From the NCBI RefSeq assembly GCF_006345805.1, contig NC_043006.1, positions 51,088,001-51,152,000 of the forward strand: a stretch of 64,000 nucleotides of DNA. The letters are read 5' to 3'. The notes under the pieces were generated by a model, which saw only the letters and a list, made by a program, of their open reading frames with translations, had not been told where the DNA came from and made no database searches. The position numbers and the translations under genes were made by a program. This DNA comes from Octopus sinensis (taxonomy: Eukaryota). This document shows, piece after piece, positions 1 through 12,099 of this stretch. How positions within the stretch are numbered: the stretch's first letter is position 1; every line of letters begins with the position of its first letter.

Positions 1-207
1 TATGTAAGTATAGGTGTGTGAAGTATGTATGTGAGATGTGTGTGTGTGTATGTATGTGCGTATGTATGTGTGTATGTATGTATGTATGTATGGCTGTGTG
101 TGTGTGTGTGTAAGTATGTATGTGTGTGTGTATGTATGTATGTGTGTATGTATGTGCATGTTGGTTTGTATGTTAGTGTGTGCATGTATGTCTATAAGTA
201 TGTGTGA

Positions 208-763
208 TTAAATGTGTGAATGTGTGTACGTAGATGTGTATCCGTATGTGTGTGTGTGAACAGGCGTGTGGGATGTAGGTAGGTGTGTGTGTGGGGGGTG
301 TTTATCCGAAAAAAAAACCTTAGGAGGAGGGGGCTGTGTTAAGTCCGTGTGGGGTAGTGGTTTGTAGGGTGAAGATGTAGCGTTGCTCCAAGTGGAGCCT
401 AGAAAGTGGACGACCATTGTGGGGGGCGAGACCAAACACTGAGATTTCATCTAGGGAATGGCTGGCCGAGCGGAAGTGGCGTGCGACGGGAGAAAAAGAG
501 TGTAGGCGAACGTCCCTCAAATGTTCTGTGAATCGGTCGGACAACCGGCGTCCCGTCTGTCCCACATACAGCATCCCGCATAGGTTGCATTTAATGCAGA
601 AAATGAGGCCAGACGAGGTGCACGTAAAAGAGTGCCTAATACGTACAGTTCGCCGGTTGGAGCCAGTGACAGCAGTGGTGTTGGTGATGAAGGGGCAAGT
701 GTTGCAGCGGGATCTAGAGCAAGGGAATGATCCGTGTGATATATATATATAAACCAATTTCAA
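208..763 (-). mobile_element. Penelope-like retroelement 3' fragment (GIY-YIG endonuclease domain)
   Basis: ORF 320-763 has the PLE Cys motif (PCSRSRCNTCPFI), the GIY-YIG-type segments (LIFCIKC...LYVGQTGRRLSDRFTEH), VARHF, and the terminal LEQRYIFTLQTTTPHGLN. It is 5'-truncated at a (TA)n tract near 740-752. Confidence 0.9.
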
Positions 764-989
764 CGGATTTCGCCCAAATTTGACGTCGATGTTAATTAGT
801 TTGGTTTGAAATAAAGAACTTGATTAGCTTAATAATCCTAACTTAATCCCGGGCAAAGCCGGGTTATACTGATAGTTATAAATATGAATGTGCACACACA
901 TCTGCATATGCCTCTAATATATGGATTACATGTATCCACATATGCATAAACACACAACCACTCACACACACACATGCATACACACGCCC

Positions 990-2240
990 ATACAGAGTAC
1001 GATGGGTAAATTGTTACCATTTTATAAATCTTAATTTCGCGCATGCACATTGTTTGTTTTTGATTTATAGTAGGGTCAGTTGGGAAACGTCTGTAGAAAA
1101 ACAGCATCATGACACAGTTCACTCTGCCAGAAATCTAGAAACGACATGCTGTACTGCTTGGCATTCGTGCCGGAAGCTCCAATACGAACATTTCAGAGCG
1201 TTTGAGTGTGAATTTGAGGACAGTGCGGAGGATTCGGAAAGAGATGGAATGAGTCTAATGGTGATTACGAAGGTATGGCAGCTCAGAAAACTCACTCTGA
1301 TTGTTCTAAGAAAAGAACTCCTGAATTTGTTGGTGAGATCCAGGTCATGATTGACAACGACCCCTCCAAGTCAATCTTGTCTATCACCAGGGACATGGGA
1401 GTCTTTATTTTATCAGGCAAGTAGTGCATGAAGACATTCAGTATTCCTCATGAGAAAGGGCCAATTTTTATTCTAATTTATCAAGGACAAAAAGAAAGAC
1501 CGCGCTGCGAAGCTTTTGAACAAACTCAAGCAGCCCGTCCAACCGAACATGCTTTGGTTTTTCTCAGACGAGAAGAATTTCTGCCAGGTTCAGATGGTCA
1601 ATACGCAAAACAACCGTTGACTTACGGTGTCCCCAAAACATATACTGTCAACATCATGGTGTTTGGAGTGATCACTTGTGATGGCGACGTTATGTCTCCA
1701 GTCATCTTCCCACAGGACCTCAGACTCAACACGGAGGCCTACATCAAGTGCCCGAAGGCAGTAGTGCTGCCCTGGGTCAAGAGGGTGGCTGCTGGAAGAC
1801 CCCCATGTCTGGCAACAGGTATCTGCACCTGCCACACAAGTAGGAGAACCCAGTCATGGCCGTCAGACAATTTCTGGGACCACATCACCCCTAACATCTG
1901 ACCATCTAACTCCCCAGACTGCAACCCCTTTGATTATTATGTATGGGGTGCAGATAAGCGAGAGACCAACAAAACTCCTTATGTCACCAAAGATAACCTG
2001 AAGCAAAGGATTATGGCAGCATTCACCAACGTAAGCAAGGAGACCATCCAGAAGATTTGCAGGAGATTCCGACGTCGTCTGGAGTCCGTGGTTGAAGCCA
2101 ATGGCGATTTTATTGAATAAATTTACTCTTTAGTATTTCAAGATATTTTTATGTAATTTTGGTAAATATATCAGTTAAAATGAAATGTCATTATTTTAAA
2201 TTTTGCGTAATTTAGATGTCAATCTACTCACCACACCCTT
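990..2240 (+). mobile_element. Degenerate Tc1/mariner-superfamily transposon, DD37D (maT-like) transposase pseudogene
   Basis: Frameshifted transposase: FSDEK-like (ttctcagacgagaag), VMVFGVITCDGD, WQQ(D>V)SAPCHTSRRTQSW...PSNSPDCNPFDYYVWG. By hand, 37 residues separate the second and third catalytic positions. Only weak, degenerate terminal inverted repeats (TIRs) near 990-1015 and 2215-2240. Confidence 0.85.
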
Positions 2241-2251
2241 CATATATATAT

Positions 2252-2284
<33 letters not shown>

Positions 2285-2317
2285 GTATATATGTGTGTGT
2301 GTGTGTGTGTTATGCAT

Positions 2318-2443
2318 GATTTTTTCGTGATCAGAGGCATTCGGAAACCTAGGTACTACTGTATTAAATGAATATGAGAAAGAGAGGAGATAAAGTACGA
2401 TTTATTTATGATCAGAGGTGTTCGAAAACCGAGGTCTACTGTA
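2318..2443. mobile_element. Two tandem Tigger/pogo-like terminal fragments
   Basis: Two similar ends, gatcagaggcattcggaaacctaggtactactg|ta and gatcagaggtgttcgaaaaccgaggtctactg|ta. Their reverse complement begins CAGTAG, and each is followed by TA. Confidence 0.55.
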
Positions 2444-2446
2444 TAT

Positions 2447-2489
<43 letters not shown>

Positions 2490-4247
2490 CTAGCTGACAT
2501 ACCCGGTAATTCCCGGAAAAGAGGGGCTTATCCCTGTTCTCATAATTGTTTCGCTAATCCAATAACAATGATACAAAGTATGTAGCTCTTAAAACGGTTT
2601 TTTGTGCATTTACAGAGAATACCAAACTGTCTTACATAGGATCTTGATTTTTAGGAAATCCCAGTAAGTTATGAATACCTAAATCGTGAAGTCAGTTACG
2701 TAATAATATGAAATTAGTTACCTGATAGTAAGAATTCAAATAAAGTAGCCCCGGAAAGGGATTTAAGCGTTCCCAGAGTACATAGAACTTAGGAGGAAAT
2801 ACCAATAAGGTATGTATACCAAAATCGTGAAGCATGTTACGTAATAACAAGCTAATCGGATATAAGATAATAACAATTCAAAGTAAATAACTCTGAAAAG
2901 GGCTTTTTTGCATTTCCTTAGGGGCGTTAGCGTTGAAATAGATTTACAATGAATGTAGAAACAGACTACCATTTAGTTTTACAGTAGACATACAAATAAA
3001 TTTGCAAATAGTTTTAAAAATAAAATAACATATAGATTATCAATGCATTTACAACACTTACAAATATTACAATTAAATAATAAATACCTGATGATTTGGC
3101 GAACCTTATTAAATTTGCAGAGCTTCTTGATAAACAACAGTTTTTATCTTTCCTTGTGGGGCATAAATAAACAAATGATTAGGATTGCCGACTCTTGAGC
3201 ATCCCACATAACGTTGGCCATGGGAGAAATCTGGTTCCGCGAGGTTCAGACCTACCACATCCAAGGACTACCCCTGGGCCTTGTTAATGCTCGTTGCAAA
3301 GCTCAGTTTCAACGAGAATTGCAGGCGCTTGTACTGGAAAGGCATATCCGAGGGAGTAAGTGGAATTTTAGGAATTAATACAGGCTTGCTTTATCAGTCA
3401 AAATTGTCATCTCCAAAACTGTTAGCATCATCTTTATTATAAATCGTGTGCCACTGCAAAGCTTTGGTGGATCGAAGTTTCGAAGCAGCATAGCTGTGCC
3501 CCAATCTTGAGGTGCAAGTTGTGAGGTGGGAGGCCGGGTAGTGTGACTATTCAAGAATTCAACTGGATAATTCACAGCTTTAGCGATGTTGAGTACAGTG
3601 TCAATGGAATTGTAGATGTGACGCTCACCTGGCAACTGTTCCAGAAGTTTGATTTTCAAATCATCAACTTCCATATTCTTTAGGAGCTAAAATGACACGG
3701 GTTTTTAGCCAGTTGAGGTCTGTAACCTGATTTCTCAGGTTAGGAAACACCTTATTCATCAGTTCCTTTAAATCAGCTACCATATGTCGAAAAGGCAAGC
3801 TTACCCAGCCATCCTTGTCGCCAAACGAAGTTCCATTACCGACGTCCAATAGTTGCTTTGAAAAGGTTCTGTCTGCATCATCACTACTGAGCTGCAGTCT
3901 GATGCTGGTTGTGAATCTCAGCTTTTGCACACTGCTCTATTGGTAGGACGACTTTATGCTGGCATTCACCTTATCAGCTCTTATCCCCTTTGGAACCATG
4001 GAAATGATTTGTCTAAATCTTCTGCAAGCAAGACTGTCGCACCTCCCATGAGCCTGGTTATTTTCCTAGCCATCCAATTATTGATTTTTATTGAATTTCA
4101 ATGAGCCTAGTAACAAACTGGATGTTACTTGAACATTTTTGCTAAGTTTCACGAAAATTCATTGGCGGGTGTAGATGGCAACTTATTACAAACAGACATC
4201 CAAACAGACAATTTGCATTTATTTATATATATATATATATATAAAGA
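2490..4247 (-). mobile_element. Internally deleted Helitron with Pif1-family helicase fragments
   Basis: ORFs 3664-3930 (FSKQLLDVGNG, RVILAPK) and 3375-3674 (YPVEFLNS, MLLRNFDPPKLCSGTR) are Helitron helicase motifs. The minus-strand 5' end is TC at 4247. The 3' end is CTAG|T at 2490, with a CCGG...CCGG hairpin about 10 nt upstream. Confidence 0.88.
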
Positions 4248-5865
4248 GGGCCAGCATTCACCCCCTTGTCAGGCATGGTGATGCAGCGAGAGCGGATATG
4301 AAGGCAGCTGAGGATTACCTTAAAACTTTTGCCGAAATTATAGCAACCTAAGGATACATCCCCAGCAAGTCTTCAATTGTGATGAGAAAGGAAGTTTTTG
4401 GAAGATGCCAAGGAGGATTTATATAACGGCAGAGGAGAAGAGGATACCAGGCCACAACCCCATGAAAGGCTAACCCTTGCACTGTGCACCAATGCGAGTG
4501 GCATCTGCAAGATTAAGCCGCTGCTCGTTTATCGTTCGGAAAACCCCAGAGCCTTTAAGTCACATAAGATTCTGAAAGAAAAGCTGCAGGTTATGTGGAG
4601 GGTAAATCCAAGGGTTTGGGTCACCAAGTAGTTCTTGGTGTGGCGGGTGAATTTGGTCTTTGGTCTTGGCGTTAAGAAATATCTCCAGGAAAATAACTTA
4701 TCCCTGCAAGCCCTTCACGTCCTGGACAATACACCTACTAATCTACCGAAACCTCGAAGATGACATCCTCGAAGGATTCAAGTTTATAAAGGTTCTCTAC
4801 CTTCCACTCAACAACACCCCTATCCTGCAGCCCATGGACCAGCAGGAGATTTCTAATTTCAATAAGCTCTTCACCAAGCACCTGCTCCGCCACTGCTCTG
4901 AGGTGACGGGGAGCACTAACCTCCACTTATAGAGTTCTGGAAAGAGCACCATAACATCGTGGTATGCCTCAGAATTATCGATATGGCCTGGCAGGGTGTA
5001 CAAAGAGGATCTTGACCTCTCAGTGGAAGAAGCTGTGGCTTGAGGTTGTGTCTGAAACGAACTTTGAAAGACTCGAACCCGAAGCGGAAGTGGTGGAGGA
5101 TTTTGTATTCCTCGGCAAGTCCATGGGCCTGGGCGTGGATGAAGGTGACATGAATGAGCTCATCGAGGAGCATTCCAAGTAACCGACAACGACAGAGCTA
5201 AAGGAGATACAGACGCAGCAGCACACGGAGGTTTTGCAGGAAATAGGTGAAGCGGAGGAGACGGAGGAGGTTATCTCTACCAGTGTGGTAAAGGAAATGT
5301 TGAGAATGTGGGTGAAAGTTTCAGGCTCTATTCAGAAGAAACACCCAGAAAAAGTTGCAATTGGGCGTGCGACGGTGCTATTTAATGATACTTGCCTAAC
5401 TCGTTTCAGAAACACTCTGAAAGTGAGGATGAAACAGATCTTATTGAACAGGATTTTATCGAAAACTCCTGTAGATGAAAGTGAGGAAAACGTGAGGAAA
5501 AGGGCAAAAATCTGCGAATAAGATTCAGTTATTCAGTTCAGCCTTTCTCCTCCACCTCCGTCAGCATCCTCAAGTCGTCTGCTCTTCAAGGTAAATGCTG
5601 TGCATTATACAAAATAAAACTAGTTTATTGCAGTACATTCTATTGTAATGTTTTTTTTATACAGTATTCGTTATTTATGAGTACATTTTTCTTATTTAAA
5701 AACACGTAACAAAAAAAAACGCGGTGTATTCCGAGCGGGTAGGAAACGAAACGGATTAATGGCATTTAATTTATTTCAGTGGGGAAATTTGTTTTGACAT
5801 ACGAATAATTTGAATTACAAGCTCCGTCATAGAACGAATTAAACTCGTAAGTCAAGGTACCACTG
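4248..5865 (+). mobile_element. Tigger/pogo transposase pseudogene, 5'-truncated, right TIR present
   Basis: Fragments HGDAARADMKAAEDY, ERLTLALCTNASG...KPLLVYRSENPRAFK, KVLYLPLNNTPILQPMDQQEISNFNKLF. Right end is ...cgtaagtcaaggtaccactg|TA. Confidence 0.88.
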
Positions 5866-5871
5866 TATATA

Positions 5872-5910
<39 letters not shown>

Positions 5911-5934
5911 TATATATTATATATATATATATTG

Positions 5935-7060
5935 TTGAAATTTACAGAAAAACAGCAGACGAAGGTAGATGTATAAACAACAAGCAGGCGTACAAGTTTG
6001 ACGCTCGGGAAGGTGAGAAAGACTTTTACGTTTCGAGCCTACGCTCTTCAACAGAAAGGAACACAAGGAAATAAACAGAGAAAATAAAAAAAACAACCTG
6101 TGGAGTTAGTAGTCAATCATGGCGACTGCTTGGACAACAGTAGTTAGACAGCAGAGCTAGGGAGTAGAGGAGATAATGAAGTACTGGTGATCCCAAAACG
6201 AAGGTGCGCGTGCGAGTGTGTATGTGAGAGTGTGTGTGTGCGTGTGGAAGGGGATGGTGACTTTGACGTGTGCGTGTGTAAATGTGTGCATCTGTCATGT
6301 GTGGGTGTGTGAATGATGATGTGGGTGCTAGGAAGTGGTTAGTGCTAGTGTGTGGTGTGTGGTATGGCGGTGTTTGGGTGAGGTAGGGGTATGGGTTTAG
6401 GTGAGGATGTGGGGGTAGGGTGGGGCATGTGGGAGTGGGGTGGATGGAGGGGTATCAATGAAGGGAGAAGGTGGATAGGAGTGAAGAGAGGAAGTAGTTG
6501 TTAGATGAAGAGAGAAGAGGAAGGGGTTTAAGACCATGTGGCGCAAAGGAGCGAAGGTGGGAGTCTGGATAGCCCCCGTACAAAGACATTTTGAACACAG
6601 ACAGGTGTCGTAATGATTGACCGATAGAGCGGAAATGGCGCGAGACCGGAGTGTCATTGCCGAGTCTAATGTCTCGCAAGTGCTCCGCAAACCGGTCAGT
6701 CAATCGGCGTCCCGTTTGACCGATGTACAGAGAAGGAGCAGAAAATGCAGTAAATGATGTTGCGAGGATACAGAGCAGAGGCACGGTCCACGGAATGTGC
6801 TCTGGCAATGGTGGTGTGGATAGTGGTGAGGGGATATTCACGAAGAATGAAGTGGTGAGTCATGAGTTGAGACTGAGTCTCAAAGTCATGGTTGTCACTG
6901 CAGAGCCTGCGTAGACGGGGATGGAGAGATTGGTATGGGTAGGGTGGACGAGCATTTGGAATACCACCTTTCTACGCAGAAACAACAGCGAAATGATTTT
7001 ACCGAGAATTGTTGGAGTTAACGACGATCTTTCTTGGTAGCACTCTGAAGAACGGAATAT
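5935..7060 (-). mobile_element. Penelope-like retroelement 3' portion (linker, GIY-YIG, tail with hammerhead motif)
   Basis: LYIGQTGRRLTDRFAEHLRDIRLGNDTPVSRHFRS and FAPHGLK are homologous to the 320-763 copy. The tail matches the tails at 25230-25435 and 40680-40860. Confidence 0.85.
6023..6058 (-). ncRNA. Minimal type I hammerhead ribozyme-like motif in PLE tail (CUGUUGA core variant)
   Basis: Minus strand reads CTTT-CTGTTGA-A-GAGC(GTAG)GCTC-GAAAC-GTA-AAAG: 4-bp stem I, 4-bp stem II, palindromic ACGT in place of stem III. Confidence 0.65.
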
Positions 7061-9723
7061 CGTTTCGTACACCAGGTGCTGTAAGTCATGCTAGGTGGAT
7101 GTCAAAAGCAATTTACGCATTCAAGATATACGTGTTTCAAGATCAACTTCAGTTCTTAACTTCGAAGCAAGTGGAATTTAAGATTGCTCAGAGGTCACTT
7201 CCTGTTTTGAAAAATCAGTGAAAACTAAAGTTTTTATTTCTTTCTACAAATAGATAAGGAGTCATCTTTAGAAGCGAAACACACACACACATAGACACAC
7301 AAAAGAAAGAAAGAAAGAAAGAAAGAATTCTTCCTGTCTTAGGCTTAGGCACTTAAATGAGAAACTTGTGACGTGGTTATCTATTCTTGACCTGTATATG
7401 TGTGTCATTAATATGAAGTTAGCGTTGGCAGTTCAAATACAGACGACACTGTAGTCTTTACTTTATTTATTCTTTGTCGTGTATTTTGCAAACAATAACG
7501 TTGTTTTTTGTTATAGGTTTCCAACGAATCTATTTCTCATTCACTACATTTCGATGGCGAGAATGACAAAGATATGACTGGTCAACGTGGGCAGTATAAA
7601 TACGAGAAAGCATTTTGTTTTGTTTTTTTTCCGACACAACTGTTTATCAGAAATTTCATTACCAATGTATACATATATCCTTCACCAATATGCACGTGAT
7701 CACACACACGATAGTTTTCCGCACAATTTTCATCTACCAAGTTTTACTCATAAATTTCGAACAACTTGAAGCCACGGTTTAAAACATTTGCCGAAGGTAT
7801 CTCGCTGTGTTATGGTGACCAGAAATATGTGGCAGCAGGGCAAACCTCTTTATCACATACAAAATGGCTCATGTTTTTTTTTTTGTGTAATAACATTTTT
7901 ATTACACAGTAATGCTATAAACTGTGAAATAGCGTAAATTGAGATCGATAAAATAAAATACCCATTCTATTCCGAAGTCGTGGTATAAATCGGGTTCACC
8001 CCGTCCCCGATATTTAGAGTCTTGTGTCTAAATTTAGAAATCATTATAACAATCATTGTATAAAGAGAATGGTGTGAAGAACCTATTAACAAGGCAAATA
8101 GTTCTAGTCCCAGTTCTAAGATCAAAATCTTGCTGAAGTTGATTTCGTTTTTTGTCCTTCCACTACAACCGTCTTTGGAAAACGAGAACATACGACCAGA
8201 TATTGAAAATATACGTATTTCAGGGATCAGTTGGTTTAGCAAAGTAGTTGTAGCTGCCAACGATAACTTCTTTCCTTTTTCAATAAACACAGAACTAATA
8301 TCTATGGTGTAAGTGATAGGCAGTAAGATCAGGTCGCAAAGTTGGGTACAAGGCCAGAAATTTTTAGAGGACGTGACTGCGTGACATTTTTTAAACTTTT
8401 TCCTAAGCAACAATTACGGTACAAAAAAAAAATAGACTAAGAACTAAGAACTGCGACTGATTTGTGTATTTACTGAGTTTAGTGCTTAGGTTATTGTTTG
8501 TCCCAAAATCAACCCTGGTCGAACAGACCTATAATGATTGTGATTTGACTATAGCGCCTTATTTAGAGTATAAAATGAACTGTAATTCAGTTGGATGCAA
8601 TAGGAAGAATTGTTTGCTTTTTCTAGTAGGTAATCCTAGATGCAACAAATAAATATAATTTTGTTTCCAAGAATAAAACGCCATAAAAAATTTTAATTGG
8701 GGGGGGGGAGTAAATTGACAGAGTCGTTACAGCATCAGACTGAATGCCTTGTGGGTATTTCTCTGGATCTCTCCGACTTGAGGTCAAATCTCGCCGGGAT
8801 CAACTCTGATTTTCGCCCTTTTGGGTCCGGTATATATAATTCCTGTCTTTAGCGATGGGTTTATACAATTGTCAGAGCATCGGACAGAATGCCTAGTGAT
8901 GTATAATCCGATTATATGCGTCTTATGTTAAAAACTTTGTCTAAACCACCTGGAAAGAGGATACTGTGGTGTAACTTTTTCCGAATGGACTAATACAACC
9001 CGAACAGATACCAACCTAAAAATATTATGTCTTTATTGAGTAGAGGCAATTAAAAAGTACTAAGTGCTTATAAGATGCTGATGATTACGACGGAGTATAT
9101 AACCAATTGAACAGAGTCCAGAACATACCTGGTACTTATTTTTGTTGACCCTGGAAGGATGGAAAGTAAATTCACCAAAACATTAAAAAAAACTAAATCC
9201 TGGAAAACAAGAAGTTTTAAATGTTGGCACAAGGCCAGCAGGTTTGGGAGAAAGATAGGTCAATTATATCAGTCCCAATGTTCAACCGGTACATATTTTA
9301 TCGAAAGAATTAAAGGCAAAGTCGACCCCGGCGGAATTTGAACTCAGAACACAAAGACAGTCGAAATGCCGCCAACCATTTTGTAAGGCGAGCTAACGCT
9401 TCTGTCAGCTCGCCGCTCTTTAGAAATTAACTATTAAAGGGAAAAGTAAATAAAATATAAAAGGAAAAAAATTTAATCACTTCGTTTTATTTCTGAAACT
9501 GATTTCAATGTTGTTCTTTGTCACTTTTATGATATCAGAGATGATGATGATGCCATTGCTTGATGCAGATGTTTTTTTTTTAATTTGTTGTTCTTTATTA
9601 TTGAGATAATTTTCAAGGATGTGTCCATATCCGAATCTTGTTTTGAGTTCTCTAACATCTGAACTAACAAAACAATACGAAAAAAAATGGAATGAACGAG
9701 GGAAAAAAAGAAGAAAAATTCAA

Positions 9724-10587
9724 TCACATCGGTGTATTGGATACGACCCGGAGTTGTGTTAGTCGTGTTTCATTTGGTCGCTTCCATTTTAGCATGAGCA
9801 ACAGTTCTTCGCGAAATATTTTGCTAACCAATATGTACAATATAAAGTTGAATGTGTTGTTGGTATAAAGTAGTAATCTGACAAAGAGGAAAATAATAGG
9901 ATCAGGATGTTCGGTGCGGTTTAAGATGATGGATGCTGGAAATGTGGTCATCAGAAAAAAGCCACTTATCGCGAAAACCAATAGAACTGGTTGCAAATTG
10001 GGAGAACCGCGTGCAGGAGCTGATTGTGTGCAGAGTTTGTAGGTGATGACAATATTGCTCAGAATCAAAATAGCACTGGGAATTATGCTGTATTTGATGA
10101 AGTAGGAGTTCTTTAGGATGCTAGGACCGTCGCAAATACTGCCCTCCAGTTTCCACAGTAAACTCATCGGCGCATTGATTATAATCAGCAATGTAACAAG
10201 AACGACCAGCGAAGTTGCCTGGCAGCGCTTTGAACGGTCCAGATAAGGGAAAAGCACGAAAACCATTCTCTCGATTGTGATAATGACAGACATCCATGAT
10301 GATCCTTCCAGAAAGAAAAATATAAAAAACTGAGTCAACTTACACTGTTTATCGCTGCTATAGTCACCAATTATACCGTAAGCTTCCATTATGTTTGGCA
10401 ACAGACCAGAATAGAGAACGCCGAGGTCGAATATACTCAAAACAATAAGGTACTCCCGCATCATTAACAGTTTTGTGCCTTTGCGACAAAGAACCGCCAG
10501 AGATAAAACACAGTCTAGTGTTCCGAAAAACATGTAGCCGATTGCAAATGCAATTAAAACCAAGAAGAGAGTGCTTTCTTCCACCAT
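9724..10587 (-). CDS. Single-exon class A (rhodopsin-like) GPCR, 287 aa, invertebrate peptide-receptor-like or chemoreceptor-like orphan
   Basis: Seven hydrophobic segments. TM2 YLIVLSIFDL, Cys at the top of TM3 (KQCKL), TIERM (E/DRY site), ECL2 Cys, TM5 IIPSAILILSN, TM6 FFLMTTFP, TM7 NNTFNFILY, helix 8 KIFREEL. There is an in-frame TAA five codons upstream of the ATG, and the ORF is uninterrupted. Confidence 0.93.
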   Translation of the reverse strand: MVEESTLFLVLIAFAIGYMFFGTLDCVLSLAVLCRKGTKLLMMREYLIVLSIFDLGVLYSGLLPNIMEAYGIIGDYSSDKQCKLTQFFIFFFLEGSSWMSVIITIERMVFVLFPYLDRSKRCQATSLVVLVTLLIIINAPMSLLWKLEGSICDGPSILKNSYFIKYSIIPSAILILSNIVITYKLCTQSAPARGSPNLQPVLLVFAISGFFLMTTFPASIILNRTEHPDPIIFLFVRLLLYTNNTFNFILYILVSKIFREELLLMLKWKRPNETRLTQLRVVSNTPM

Positions 10588-10696
10588 ATTGAATAAATAT
10601 TAGATACTCCTGTTTTGCTTGAATTACTCTTTTGTTAGAATTTTTCTTCTGTCACCGCGAATGATTTGAACAAAATATTAGAACGAAAACATCTGT

Positions 10697-10715
10697 ACTG
10701 TTAAAAATAATATTA
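10697..10715 (-). promoter_or_regulatory. Candidate 3' splice acceptor opening the GPCR coding exon
   Basis: Minus strand aatttaatattatttttaacag|TACAG, about 110 nt upstream of the ATG. Confidence 0.45.
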
Positions 10716-11210
10716 AATTTTTTTTAAATTATAAAACTAGTTTTGATAAATGAACAATATATTTTCTTTGTTCATTCAGAGCTTAAATTTTCGCTGCCTT
10801 CTTTGTAATGATAAAAAAAAAATAAGTGAACTTCGTTTCACTTCTGTTTCTTTGGGGTTTTATTTTTGCTTGTTTGATGTTGTTTTTAAAGCTTTAAGTA
10901 GTTCTTTATATCATAAAATGATTGGCTGTTTTTGTTGTTAAGTGTTTCTCAAGAATTCCTTTCGGCTGGTGTGTTTTGTTATTGTTGTTTAAACACAAAG
11001 CAAAATGCTTGCTCTTGTTTGGTCTGTCGATGACGTTGAGTAATTGCTGTGCTACAATACAAAAACGATGGTTATTCTGGATATTCCGTTCGTCATACCT
11101 TTCAATATATTTATCAGACTTTCCATATATATATCTTTATTTCAATATCTTCATTCAACTATCCGTCTGTGTCTGCTTCACTTGTCTACTTGTCAATACA
11201 AAGGTTGCTG

Positions 11211-11259
<49 letters not shown>

Positions 11260-12099
11260 ACTTTATAGTACCATGGTCAACTGTAAGTGAATATTTCCTT
11301 CTCTTCAAATAATTAACAGGATATACTCAATGTGTGTGTGGTGTCGTAAGCAACCGCTCAAAAGCACTGCACCACTCAACAACGAACCTCCACACAATTT
11401 AACAATTCTTAAAAAACTATTCTAACAACCACCACCATTATGTCAACTTCACCTACGCCCTTTTGCTAAGAAATATTACCAACACTACCACCGCCTTCAC
11501 CACTACTACTACCACCTCCTCCTTCACCAATACACAAAGAATCCCACTACTACTACTGCTACCGCCTTCACCATCAAGACTACCCCACTACTACAGCCAC
11601 TAGTGTCTTCGCCATCACTAACCCAGTCACCAGCACAACTACCATCTTTAAGTATTCCCTATATGGTTGCTGAACCTACTAGAAATAGCTGCCAAATCAC
11701 ACCCCTCAATTCGTATTGTATCATCATTTAAAAAAGTATGCAAGGACAAATTAGATAATGTTTCCTAGATTTACAGTATCTCTAAGAGAGAGAAAAAAAC
11801 GGAATGGTCTCGACTGGAACATCGTTAACTCTTTGATCGAGTCCATGGGTTAAAAATCAACATTGTTATTGAAGGCAGTGGGAACAACATTAAAGATAAA
11901 ATTCTTAACAGCTGACGGTGTTTAGTTATGTTCCATCTACATTCCAAGTTCGAACCTCAACTTCACCGGAATTGTCCTTTCATCATTCCGCAGACGATAA
12001 GTACGAGCCATGCAATAAAGACAGACTTAACAGACTTGTATTGCACAGTAAATAACTATTAGATTAGTTTCAACGGACTACTCACCTTCCTGTTCACAT

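Noticed and set aside
7517-7769. Plus-strand acceptor followed by an open frame (VSNESISHSLHFDGENDK...)
   Set aside because: No recognisable domain, no strong donor, and no partner exons.
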